Below are positions 14,501-29,500 of a stretch of DNA of 64,000 nucleotides, piece by piece; the stretch's first letter is position 1; every line of letters begins with the position of its first letter. The notes below the pieces were generated by a model. That model was not told the DNA's origin and searched no databases. It was given only the letters and a program-made list of their open reading frames with translations. The stretch comes from the human T2T-CHM13v2.0 reference genome, Homo sapiens: the NCBI RefSeq assembly GCF_009914755.1, contig NC_060939.1. One strand, given 5' to 3'. A program made the position numbers and the translations under genes.

Positions 14501-17500
14501 GCATTCCATTCTATTCAACTCTATTGCCTTCCATTCCATTCCATTCGATTACATTCCATGCGATTCCATTCGAAATCGAATCAATTACATTGCAATCCAT
14601 TACTATTGAGTCCGTTTTATTCCAGTCCACTGCATTCTGGTCCATTCCATTTGATTCCATTCCATTCTATTCCATTCCATACAGTTGCATTCCATTGGAT
14701 TCCATGCTATATCTATAAATTCAATTCGAGACCATTGCTTTTGAGTCCATTCTATATGATTCCATTCCATTCAAGTCCATTACATTTGGTTCAATTCCAT
14801 TCCATTCCATTCCCTTCCATTCCATTCCATTTGATATCAATCCATTCGATTCCATTCCATTCGAGCACATTCCATTCGAGTCCATTCCATTCGATGCCAT
14901 TCCATTTGATTCTATTCCATTAGTCTCCATTCAATTCCATTAATCTCCATTCCATTCCATTCTACTCCAACTGATTCCATTCCATTCTATTCCTTTCCAT
15001 TCCATTTCATTCCATTCCATTCCATTTCATTCCATTCCATTCCATTCGTGTCCATTCCACTCCAGTCCATTCCATTCCAGTCCATTCCATTTGTGTCCAC
15101 TGCATTCCATTCCACTCCATTCCATATTATTCCATTACACTCCATTCCATTCTATTACTTTCATTTCCATTCAATTCCATTCCATTTGATTCCATTCCAC
15201 TCGGTTTCATTCCATTTGAGTCCACTCCATTCCATTGCATTCCATTCAGTTCCATTCCATTCTGTTCCATTCCATTCCGTTCCATTACATTCCATTCCAT
15301 TCGGTACCATTCCATATTGTTCCATTCGATTCCATTCGAATCCATTCCATTACAGTCCATTCCATTCGATACCATTCCATTCATTTCAATTCCATTCCAT
15401 TCCATTCCATTACATTCCACTTGATTCCTCTCCATTCCCTTCCACTGCATTCCGTTCGATTCCATTCCATTGCATTGCATTCCATTCCATTGGATTGCAT
15501 TCCATTCGATTCCATTCCATTCGAATCAATTACATAGCAATCCATTACATTCGAGTCTATTCTATTCCGTTCCATTCGATTTCGTTCCAATCCATTCGAT
15601 TCCATTCCATTCGATTCCATTCCATACTATTGCATTCCATTCGATTACATTATATTCGAATAAGTTCCATTCAAGACCATTTCTTTTGAGTCCATTCTAT
15701 TTGAGTCCATTCCCTTTGATTCCATAACATTTGAGTCCATTCAATTCCATTCCTTTCGTTTCCATTCCATTTGATGCCATTCCATTCAATTCTGTTCTAC
15801 TCGACTCCAATACATTCAATTCCATTCCATCCGATTCCATTACATTCTTTTCATTTGTTATCCATTTCAAGCCATTCCACTCCATTCCATTCCACTCGTT
15901 TCCTTTCCATTCGAGTCATTCCTCTCCAGTCCATTCCGTTCAATCCATTCCATTCCAGTCCATTCCATTCGAGTCCGTTCCATTCCAGTCCATTCCATTC
16001 GAGTCAATTCCATTCCATTCGATGTCTTTCCATAACGATCCATTCCATTCTATTCCTTTCGATTCCATTCCATTCTATTTCATTCCATTCGATTCCCTTC
16101 CATTGGAATCCTTTCCATTCGAGTGCATTCCATTCCGTTCCATTTCTTTCCGTTCTGTACGATTCCTACCGTTCGATTTCATTTTGTTCCAGTCCATTCC
16201 TTTCGCGTCCATTCCATTCCATTTCACTCCATTCGATTCCATTCCACTCGATTCCACTTCGTTCCATTTCATTGCATTCCATTCTATTCAACTCTATTGC
16301 CTTCCATTCCATTCCATTCGATTACATTCCATGCGATTCCATTCGAAATCGAATCAATTACATTGCAATCCATTACTATTGAGTCCGTTTTATTCCAGTC
16401 CACTGCATTCTGTTCCATTCCATTTGATTCCATTCCATTCTATTCCATTCCATACAGTTGCATTCCATTGGATTCCATGCTATATCTATAAATTCAATTC
16501 GAGACCATTGCTTTTGAGTCCATTCTATATGATTCCATTCCATTCAAGTCCATTACATTTGGTTCAATTCCATTCCATTCCATTCCCTTCCATTCCATTC
16601 CATTTGATATCAATCCATTCGATTCCATTCCATTCGAGCACATTCCATTCGAGTCCATTCCATTCGATGCCATTCCATTTGATTCTATTCCATTAGTCTC
16701 CATTCAATTCCATTAATCTCCATTCCATTCCATTCTACTCCAACTGATTCCATTCCATTCTATTCCTTTCCATTCCATTTCATTCCATTCCATTCCATTC
16801 CATTCCATTCCATTCCATTCGCTTCCATTCCATTCGTGTCCATTCCACTCCATTCCATTCCATTCGTGTCCATTCCATTCCAGTCCATTCCATTTGTGTC
16901 CACTGCATTCCATTCCACTCCATTCCATATTATTCCATTACACTCCATTCCATTCTATTACTTTCATTTCCATTCAATTCCATTCCATTTGATTCCATTC
17001 CACTCGGTTTCATTCCATTTGAGTCCACTCCATTCCATTCCATTCCATTCAGTTCCATTCCATTCTGTTCCATTCCATTCCGTTCCGTTACATTCCATTC
17101 CATTCGGTACCATTCCATATTGTTCCATTCGATTCCATTCGAATCCATTCCATTCCAGTCCATTCCATTCGATTCCATTCCATTCATTTCAATTCCATTC
17201 CATTCCATTCCATTACATTCCACTTGATTCCTCTCCATTCCCTTCCACTGCATTCCGTTCGATTCCATTCCATTGCATTGCATTCCATTCCATTGGATTG
17301 CATTCCATTCGATTCCATTCCATTTGAATCAATTACATAGCAATCCATTACATTCGAGTCTATTCTCTTCCGTTCCATTCGGTTTCGTTCCAATCCATTC
17401 GATTCCATTCCATTCGATTCCATTCCATACTATTGCATTCCATTCGATTACATTATATTCGAATAAGTTCCATTCAAGACCATTTCTTTTGAGTCCATTC

Positions 17501-20500
17501 TATTTGAGTCCATTCCCTTTGATTCCATAACATTTGAGTCCATTCAATTCCATTCCTTTCGTTTCCATTCCATTTGATGCCATTCCATTCAATTCTGTTC
17601 TACTCGACTCCAATACATTCAATTCCATTCCATCCGATTCCATTACATTCTTTTCATTTCTTATCCATTTCAAGCCATTCCTCTCCATTCCATTCCACTC
17701 GTTTCCTTTCCATTCGAGTCCATTCCTCTCCAGTCCATTCCGTTCAATCCATTCCATTCCAGTCCATTCCATTCGAGTCCGTTCCATTCCAGTCCATTCC
17801 ATTCGAGTCAATTCCATTCCATTCGATGTCTTTCCATAACGATCCATTCCATTCTATTCCTTTCGATTCCATTCCATTCTATTTCATTCCATTCGATTCC
17901 CTTCCATTGGACTCCTTTCCATTCGAGTGCATTCCATTCCGTTCCATTTATTTCCGTTCTGTACGATTCCTACCGTTCGATTTCATTTTGTTCCAGTCCA
18001 TTCCTTTCGCGTCCATTCCATTCCATTTCACTCCATTCGATTCCATTCCACTCGATTCCACTCCGTTCCATTTCATTGCATTCCATTCTATTCAACTCTA
18101 TTGCCTTCCATTCCATTCCATTCGATTACATTCCATGCGATTCCATTCGAAATCGAATCAATTACATTGCAATCCATTACTATTGAGTCCGTTTTATTCC
18201 AGTCCACTGCATTCTGGTCCATTCCATTTGATTCCATTCCATTCTATTCCATTCCATACAGTTGCATTCCATTGGATTCCATGCTATATCTCTAAATTCA
18301 ATTCGAGACCATTGCTTTTGAGTCCATTCTATATGATTCCATTCCATTCAAATCCATTACTTTTGGTTCAATTCCATTCCATTCCATTCCCTTCCATTCC
18401 ATTCCATTTGATATCAATCCATTCGATTCCATTCCATTCGAGCACATTCCATTCGAGTCCATTCCATTCGATGCCATTCCATTTGATTCTATTCCATTAG
18501 TCTCCATTCAATTCCATTAATCTCCATTCCATTCCATTCTACTCCAACTGATTCCATTCCATTCTATTCCTTTCCATTCCATTTCATTCCATTCCATTCC
18601 ATTTCATTCCATTCCATTCCATTCGTGTCCATTCCACTCCAGTCCATTCCATTCGTGTCCATTCCATTCCAGTCCATTCCATTTGTGTCCACTGCATTCC
18701 ATTCCACTCCATTCCATATTATTCCATTACACTCCATTCCATTCTATCACTTTCATTTCCATTCAATTCCATTCCATTTGATTCCATTCCACTCGGTTTC
18801 ATTCCATTTGAGTCCACTCCATTCCATTCCATTGCATTCCATTCAGTTCCATTCCATTCTGTTCCATTCCATTCCGTTCCATTACATTCCATTCCATTCG
18901 GTACCATTCCATATTGTTCCATTCGATTCCATTCGAATCCATTCCATTCCAGTCCATTCCATTCGATTCCATTCCATTCATTTCAATTCCATTCCATTCC
19001 ATTCCATTACATTCCACTTGATTCCTCTCCATTCCCTTCCACTGCATTCCGTTCGATTCCATTCCATTGCATTGCATTCCATTCCATTGGATTGCATTCC
19101 ATTCGATTCCATTCCATTCGAATCAATTACATAGCAATCCATTACATTCGAGTCTATTCTCTTCCGTTCCATTCGATTTCGTTCCAATCCATTCGATTCC
19201 ATTCCATTCGATTCCATTCCATACTATTGCATTCCATTCGATTACATTCTATTCGAATAAGTTCCATTCAAGACCATTTCTTTTGAGTCCATTCTATTTG
19301 AGTCCATTCCCTTTGATTCCATAACATTTGAGTCCATTCAATTCCATTCCTTTCGTTTCCATTCCATTTGATGCCATTCCATTCAATTCTGTTCTACTCG
19401 ACTCCAATACACTCAATTCCATTCCATCCGATTCCATTACATTCTTTTCATTTCTTATCCATTTCAAGCCATTCCACTCCATTCCATTCCACTCGTTTCC
19501 TTTCCATTCGAGTCCATTCCTCTCCAGTCCATTCCGTTCAATCCATTCCATTCCAGTCCATTCCATTCGAGTCCGTTCCATTCCAGTCCATTCCATTCGA
19601 GTCAATTCCATTCCATTCGATGTCTTTCCATAACGATCCATTCCATTCTATTCCTTTTGATTCCATTCCATTCTATTTCATTCCATTCGATTCCCTTCCA
19701 TTGGACTCCTTTCCATTCGAGTGCATTCCATTCCTTTCCATTTCTTTCCGTTCTGTACGATTCCTACCGTTCGATTTCATTTTGTTCCAGTCCATTCCTT
19801 TCGCGTCCATTCCATTCCATTTCACTCCATTCGGTTCCATTCCACTCGATTCCACTTCGTTCCATTTCATTGCATTCCATTCTATTCAACTCTATTGCCT
19901 TCCATTCCATTCCATTCGATTACATTCCATGCGATTCCATTCGAAATCGAATCAATTACATTGCAATCCATTACTATTGAGTCCGTTTTATTCCAGTCCA
20001 CTGCATTCTGGTCCATTCCATTTGATTCCATTCCATTCTATTCCATTCCATACAGTTGCATTCCATTGGATTCCATGCTATATCTATAAATTCAATTCGA
20101 GACCATTGCTTTTGAGTCCATTCTATATGATTCCATTCCATTCAAGTCCATTACATTTGGTTCAATTCCATTCCATTCCATTCCCTTCCATTCCATTCCA
20201 TTTGATATCAATCCATTCGATTCCATTCCATTCGAGCACATTCCATTCGAGTCCATTCCATTCGATGCCATTCCATTTGATTCTATTCCATTAGTCTCCA
20301 TTCAATTCCATTAATCTCCATTCCATTCCATTCTACTCCAACTGATTCCATTCCATTCTATTCCTTTCCATTCCATTTCATTCCATTCCATTCCATTTCA
20401 TTCCATTCCATTCCATTCGTGTCCATTCCACTCCAGTCCATTCCATTCGTGTCCATTCCATTCCAGTCCATTCCATTTGTGTCCACTGCATTCCATTCCA

Positions 20501-23500
20501 CTCCATTCCATATTATTCCATTACACTCCATTCCATTCTATTACTTTCATTTCCATTCAATTCCATTCCATTTGATTCCATTCCACTCGGTTTCATTCCA
20601 TTTGAGTCCACTCCATTCCATTCCATTCCATTCCATTCAGTTCCATTCCATTCTGTTCCATTCCATTCCGTTCCATTACATTCCATTCCATTCGGTACCA
20701 TTCCATATTGTTCCATTCGATTCCATTCGAATCCATTCCATTCCAGTCCATTCCATTCGATTCCATTCCATTCATTTCAATTCCATTCCATTCCATTCCA
20801 TTACATTCCACTTGATTCCTCTCCATTCCCTTCCACTGCATTCCGTTCGATTCCATTCCATTGCATTGCATTCCATTCCATTGGATTGCATTCCATTCGA
20901 TTCCATTCCATTCGAAACAATTACATAGCAATCCATTACATTCGAGTCTATTCTCTTCCGTTCCATTCGATTTCGTTCCAATCCATTCGATTCCATTCCA
21001 TTCGATTCCATTCCATGCTATTGCATTCCATTCTATTACATTATATTCGAATAAGTTCCATTCAAGACCATTTCTTTTGAGTCCATTCTATTTGAGTCCA
21101 TTCCCTTTGATTCCATAACATTTGAGTCCATTCAATTCCATTCCTTTCGTTTCCATTCCATTTGATGCCATTCCATTCAATTCTGTTCTACTCGACTCCA
21201 ATACATTCAATTCCATTCCATCCGATTCCATTACATTCTTTTCATTTCTTATCCATTTCAAGCCATTCGACTCCATTCCATTACACTCGTTTCCTTTCCA
21301 TTCGTGTCCATTCCTCTCCAGTCCATTCCGTTCAATCCATTCCATTCCAGTCCATTCCATTCGAGTCCGTTCCATTCCAGTCCATTCCATTCGAGTCAAT
21401 TCCATTCCATTCGATGTCTTTCCATAACGATCCATTCCATTCTATTCCTTTCGATTCCATTCCATTCTATTTCATTCCATTTGATTCCCTTCCATTGGAC
21501 TCCTTTCCATTCGAGTGCATTCCATTCCGTTCCATTTCTTTCCGTTCTGTACGATTCCTACCGTTCGATTTCATTTTGTTCCAGTCCATTCCTTTCGCGT
21601 CCATTCCATTCCATTTCACTCCATTCGATTCCATTCCACTCGATTCCACTTCGTTCCATTTCATTGCATTCCATTCTATTCAACTCTATTGCCTTCCATT
21701 CCATTCCATTCGATTACATTCCATGCGATTCCATTCGAAATCGAATCAATTACATTGCAATCCATTACTATTGAGTCCGTTTTATTCCAGTCCACTGCAT
21801 TCTGGTCCATTCCATTTGATTCCATTCCATTCTATTCCATTCCATACAGTTGCATTCCATTGGATTCCATGCTATATCTATAAATTCAATTCGAGACCAT
21901 TGCTTTTGAGTCCATTCTATATGATTCCATTCCATTCAAGTCCATTACATTTGGTTCAATTCCATTCCATTCCATTCCCTTCCATTCCATTCCATTTGAT
22001 ATCAATCCATTCGACTCCATTCCATTCGAGCACATTCCATTCGAGTCCATTCCATTCGATGCCATTCCATTTGATTCTATTCCATTAGTCTCCATTCAAT
22101 TCCATTAATCTCCATTCCATTCCATTCTATTCCAACTGATTCCATTCCATTCTATTCCTTTCCATTCCATTTCATTCCATTCCATTCCATTTCATTCCAT
22201 TCCATTCCATTCGTGTCCATTCCACTCCAGTCCATTCCATTCGTGTCCATTCCATTCCAGTCCATTCCATTTGTGTCCACTGCATTCCATTCCACTCCAT
22301 TCCATATTATTCCATTACACTCCATTCCATTCTATTACTTTCATTTCCATTCAATTCCATTCCATTTGATTCCATTCCACTCGGTTTCATTCCATTTGAG
22401 TCCACTCCATTCCATTCCATTCCATTCCATTCAGTTCCATTCCATTCTGTTCCATTCCATTCCGTTCCATTACATTCCATTCCATTCGGTACCATTCCAT
22501 ATTGTTCCATTCGATTCCATTCGAATCCATTCCATTCCAGTCCATTCCATTCGATTCCATTCCATTCATTTCAATTCCATTCCATTCCATTCCATTACAT
22601 TCCACTTGATTCCTCTCCATTCCCTTCCACTGCATTCCGTTCGATTCCATTCCATTGCATTGCATTCCATTCCATTGGATTGCATTCCATTCGATTCCAT
22701 TCCATTCGAATCAATTACATAGCAATCCATTACATTCGAGTCTATTCTATTCCGTTCCATTCGATTTCGTTCCAATCCATTCGATTCCATTCCATTCGAT
22801 TCCATTCCATACTATTGCATTCCATTCGATTACATTATATTCGAATAAGTTCCATTCAAGACCATTTCTTTTGAGTCCATTCTATTTGAGTCCATTCCCT
22901 TTGATTCCATAACATTTGAGTCCATTCAATTCCATTCCTTTCGTTTCCATTCCATTTGATGCCATTCCATTCAATTCTGTTCTACTCGACTCCAATACAT
23001 TCAATTCCATTCCATCCGATTCCATTACATTCTTTTCATTTCTTATCCATTTCAAGCCATTCCACTCCATTCCATTCCACTCATTTCCTTTCCATTCGAG
23101 TCTATTCCTCTCCAGTCCATTCCGTTCAATCCATTCCATTCCAGTCCATTCCATTCGAGTCCGTTCCATTCCAGTCCATTCCATTCGAGTCAATTCCATT
23201 CCATTCGATGTCTTTCCATAACGATCCATTCCATTCTATTCCTTTCGATTCCATTCCATTCTATTTCATTCCATTCGATTCCCTTCCATTGGACTCCTTT
23301 CCATTCGAGTGCATTCCATTCCGTTCCATTTATTTCCGTTCTTTACGATTCCTACCGTTCGATTTCATTTTGTTCCAGTCCATTCCTTTCGCGTCCATTC
23401 CATTCCATTTCACTCCATTCGATTCCATTCCACTCGATTCCACTTCGTTCCATTTCATTGCATTCCATTCTATTCAACTCTATTGCCTTCCATTCCATTC

Positions 23501-26500
23501 CATTCGATTACATTCCATGCGATTCCATTCGAAATCGAATCAATTACATTGCAATCCATTACTATTGAGTCCGTTTTATTCCAGTCCACTGCATTCTGGT
23601 CCATTCCATTTGATTCCATTCCATTCTATTCCATTCCATACAGTTGCATTCCATTGGATTCCATGCTATATCTATAAATTCAATTCGAGACCATTGCTTT
23701 TGAGTCCATTCTATATGATTCCATTCCATTCAAATCCATTACATTTGGTTCAATTCCATTCCATTCCATTCCCTTCCATTCCATTCCATTTGATATCAAT
23801 CCATTCGATTCCATTCCATTCGAGCACATTCCATTCGTGTCCATTCCATTCGATGCCATTCCATTTGATTCTATTCCATTAGTCTCCATTCAATTCCATT
23901 AATCTCCATTCCATTCCATTCTACTCCAACTGATTCCATTCCATTCTATTCCTTTCCATTCCATTTCATTCCATTCCATTCCATTTCATTCCATTCCATT
24001 CCATTCGTGTCCATTCCACTCCAGTCCATTCCATTCGTGTCCATTCCATTCCAGTCCATTCCATTTGTGTCCACTGCATTCCATTCCACTCCATTCCATA
24101 TTATTCCATTACACTCCATTCCATTCTATTACTTTCATTTCCATTCAATTCCATTCCATTTGATTCCATTCCACTCGGTTTCATTCCATTTGAGTCCACT
24201 CCATTCCATTCCATTCCATTCCATTCAGTTCCATTCCATTCTGTTCCATTCCATTCCGTTCCATTACATTCCATTCCATTCGGTACCATTCCATATTGTT
24301 CCATTCGATTCCATTCGAATCCATTCCATTCCAGTCCATTCCATTCGATTCCATTCCATTCATTTCAATTCCATTCCATTCCATTCCATTACATTCCACT
24401 TGATTCCTCTCCATTCCCTTCCACTGCATTCCGTTCGATTCCATTCCATTGCATTGCATTCCATTCCATTGGATTGCATTCCATTCGATTCCATTCCATT
24501 CGAATCAATTACATAGCAATCCATTACATTCCAGTCTATTCTATTCCGTTCCATTCGATTTCGTTCCAATCCATTCGATTCCATTCCATTCGATTCCATT
24601 CCATACTATTGCATTCCATTCGATTACATTATATTCGAATAAGTTCCATTCAAGACCATTTCTTTTGAGTCCATTCTATTTGAGTCCATTCCCTTTGATT
24701 CCATAACATTTGAGTCCATTCAATTCCATTCCTTTCGTTTCCATTCCATTTGATGCCATTCCATTCAATTCTGTTCTACTCGACTCCAATACATTCAATT
24801 CCATTCCATCCGATTCCATTACATTCTTTTCATTTCTTATCCATTTCAAGCCATTCCACTCCATTCCATTCCACTCGTTTCCTTTCCATTCGAGTCCATT
24901 CCTCTCCAGTCCATTCCGTTCAATCCATTCCATTCCAGTCCATTCCATTCGAGTCCGTTCCATTCCAGTCCATTCCATTCGAGTCAATTCCATTCCATTC
25001 GATGTCTTTCCATAACGATCCATTCCATTCTATTCCTTTCGATTCCATTCCATTCTATTTCATTCCATTCGATTCCCTTCCATTGGACTCCTTTCCATTC
25101 GAGTGCATTCCATTCCGTTCCATTTCTTTCCGTTCTTTACGATTCCTACCGTTCGATTTCATTTTGTTCCAGTCCATTCCTTTCGCGTCCATTCCATTCC
25201 ATTTCACTCCATTCGATTCCATTCCACTCGATTCCACTTCGTTCCATTTCATTGCATTCCATTCTATTCAACTCTATTGCCTTCCATTCCATTCCATTCG
25301 ATTACATTCCATGCGATTCCATTCGAAATCGAATCAATTACATTGCAATCCATTACTATTGAGTCCGTTTTATTCCAGTCCACTGCATTCTGGTCCATTC
25401 CATTTGATTCCATTCCATTCTATTCCATTCCATACAGTTGCATTCCATTGGATTCCATGCTATATCTATAAATTCAATTCGAGACCATTGCTTTTGAGTC
25501 CATTCTATATGATTCCATTCCATTCAAATCCATTACATTTGGTTCAATTCCATTCCATTCCATTCCCTTCCATTCCATTCCATTTGATATCAATCCATTC
25601 GATTCCATTCCATTCGAGCACATTCCATTCGAGTCCATTCCATTCGATGCCATTCCATTTGATTCTATTCCATTAGTCTCCATTCAATTCCATTAATCTC
25701 CATTCCATTCCATTCTACTCCAACTGATTCCATTCCATTCTATTCCTTTCCATTCCATTTCATTCCATTCCATTCCATTTCATTCCATTCCATTCCATTC
25801 GTGTCCATTCCACTCCAGTCCATTCCATTCGTGTCCATTCCATTCCAGTCCATTCCATTTGTGTCCACTGCATTCCATTCCACTCCATTCCATATTATTC
25901 CATTACACTCCATTCCATTCTATCACTTTCATTTCCATTCAATTCCATTCCATTTGATTCCATTCCACTCGGTTTCATTCCATTTGAGTCCACTCCGTTC
26001 CATTCCATTGCATTCCATTCAGTTCCATTCCATTCTGTTCCATTCCATTCCGTTCCATTACATTCCATTCCATTCGGTACCATTCCATATTGTTCCATTC
26101 GATTCCATTCGAATCCATTCCATTCCAGTCCATTCCATTCGATTCCATTCCATTCATTTCAATTCCATTCCATTCCATTCCATTACATTCCACTTGATTC
26201 CTCTCCATTCCCTTCCACTGCATTCCGTTCGATTCCATTCCATTGCATTGCATTCCATTCCATTGGATTGCATTCCATTCGATTCCATTCCATTCGAATC
26301 AATTACATAGCAATCCATTACATTCGAGTCTATTCTCTTCCGTTCCATTCGATTTCGTTCCAATCCATTCGATTCCATTCCATTCGATTCCATTCCATAC
26401 TATTGCATTCCATTCGATTACATTATATTCGAATAAGTTCCATTCAAGACCATTTCTTTTGAGTCCATTCTATTTGAGTCCATTCCCTTTGATTCCATAA

Positions 26501-29500
26501 CATTTGAGTCCATTCAATTCCATTCCTTTTGTTTCCATTCCATTTGATGCCATTCCATTCAATTCTGTTCTACTCGACTCCAATACACTCAATTCCATTC
26601 CATCCGATTCCATTACATTCTTTTCATTTCTTATCCATTTCAAGCCATTCCACTCCATTCCATTCCACTCGTTTCCTTTCCATTCGAGTCCATTCCTCTC
26701 CAGTCCATTCCGTTCAATCCATTCCATTCCAGTCCATTCCATTCGAGTCCGTTCCATTCCAGTCCATTCCATTCGAGTCAATTCCATCCCATTCGATGTC
26801 TTTCCATAACGATCCATTCCATTCTATTCCTTTCGATTCCATTCCATTCTATTTCATTCCATTCGATTCCCTTCCATTGGACTCCTTTCCATTCGAGTGC
26901 ATTCCATTCCTTTCCATTTCTTTCCGTTCTGTACGATTCCTACCGTTCGATTTCATTTTGTTCCAGTCCATTCCTTTCGCGTCCATTCCATTCCATTTCA
27001 CTCCATTCGATTCCATTCCACTCGATTCCACTTCGTTCCATTTCATTGCATTCCATTCTATTCAACTCTATTGCCTTCCATTCCATTCCATTCGATTACA
27101 TTCCATGAGATTCCATTCGAAATCGAATCAATTACATTGCAATCCATTACTATTGAGTCCGTTTTATTCCAGTCCACTGCATTCTGGTCCATTCCATTTG
27201 ATTCCATTCCATTCTATTCCATTCCATACAGTTGCATTCCATTGGATTCCATGCTATATCTATAAATTCAATTCGAGACCATTGCTTTTGAGTCCATTCT
27301 ATATGATTCCATTCCATTCAAGTCCATTATATTTGGTTCAATTCCATTCCATTCCATTCCCTTCCATTCCATTCCATTTGATATCAATCCATTCGATTCC
27401 ATTCCATTCGAGCACATTCCATTCGAGTCCATTCCATTCGATGCCATTCCATTTGATTCTATTCCATTAGTCTCCATTCAATTCCATTAATCTCCATTCC
27501 ATTCCATTCTACTCCAACTGATTCCATTCCATTCTATTCCTTTCCATTCCATTTCATTCCATTCCATTCCATTTCATTCCATTCCTTTCCATTCGTATCC
27601 ATTCCACTCCAGTCCATTCCATTCGTGTCCATTCCATTCCAGTCCATTCCATTTGTGTCCACTGCATTCCATTCCACTCCATTCCATATTATTCCATTAC
27701 ACTCCATTCCATTCTATTACTTTCATTTCCATTCAATTCCATTCCATTTGATTCCATTCCACTCGGTTTCATTCCATTTGAGTCCACTCCATTCCATTCC
27801 ATTCCATTCCATTCAGTTCCATTCCATTCTGTTCCATTCCATTCCGTTCCATTACATTCCATTCCATTCGGTACCATTCCATATTGTTCCATTCGATTCC
27901 ATTCGAATCCATTCCATTCCAGTCCATTCCATTCGATTCCATTCCATTCATTTCAATTCCATTCCATTCCATTCCATTACATTCCACTTGTTTCCTCTCC
28001 ATTCCCTTCCACTGCATTCCGTTCGATTCCATTCCATTGCATTGCATTCCATTCCATTGGATTGCATTCCATTCGATTCCATTCCATTCGAATCAATTAC
28101 ATAGCAATCCATTACATTCGAGTCTATTCTCTTCCGTTCCATTCGATTTCGTTCCAATCCATTCGATTCCATTCCATTCGATTCCATTCCATACTATTGC
28201 ATTCCATTCGATTACATTATATTCGAATAAGTTCCATTCAAGACCATTTCTTTTGAGTCCATTCTATTTGAGTCCATTCCCTTTGATTCCATAACATTTG
28301 AGTCCATTCAATTCCATTCCTTTCGTTTCCATTCCATTTGATGCCATTCCATTCAATTCTGTTCTACTCGACTCCAATACATTCAATTCCATTCCATCCG
28401 ATTCCATTACATTCTTTTCATTTCTTATCCATTTCAAGCCATTCCACTCCATTCCATTCCACTCGTTTCCTTTCCATTCGAGTCCATTCCTCTCCAGTCC
28501 ATTCCGTTCAATCCATTCCATTCCAGTCCATTCCATTCGAGTCCGTTCCATTCCAGTCCATTCCATTCGAGTCAATTCCATCCCATTCGATGTCTTTCCA
28601 TAACGATCCATTCCATTCTATTCCTTTCGATTCCATTCCATTCTATTTCATTCCATTCGATTCCCTTCCATTGGACTCCTTTCCATTCGAGTGCATTCCA
28701 TTCCTTTCCATTTCTTTCCGTTCTGTACGATTCCTACCGTTCGATTTCATTTTGTTCCAGTCCATTCCTTTCGCGTCCATTCCATTCCATTTCACTCCAT
28801 TCGATTCCATTCCACTCGATTCCACTTCGTTCCATTTCATTGCATTCCATTCTATTCAACTCTATTGCCTTCCATTCCATTCCATTCGATTACATTCCAT
28901 GAGATTCCATTCGAAATCGAATCAATTACATTGCAATCCATTACTATTGAGTCCGTTTTATTCCAGTCCACTGCATTCTGGTCCATTCCATTTGATTCCA
29001 TTCCATTCTATTCCATTCCATACAGTTGCATTCCATTGGATTCCATGCTATATCTATAAATTCAATTCGAGACCATTGCTTTTGAGTCCATTCTATATGA
29101 TTCCATTCCATTCAAGTCCATTACATTTGGTTCAATTCCATTCCATTCCATTCCCTTCCATTCCATTCCATTTGATATCAATCCATTCGATTCCATTCCA
29201 TTCGAGCACATTCCATTCGAGTCCATTCCATTCGATGCCATTCCATTTGATTCTATTCCATTAGTCTCCATTCAATTCCATTAATCTCCATTCCATTCCA
29301 TTCTACTCCAACTGATTCCATTCCATTCTATTCCTTTCCATTCCATTTCATTCCATTCCATTCCATTTCATTCCATTCCTTTCCATTCGTATCCATTCCA
29401 CTCCAGTCCATTCCATTCGTGTCCATTCCATTCCAGTCCATTCCATTTGTGTCCACTGCATTCCATTCCACTCCATTCCATATTATTCCATTACACTCCA

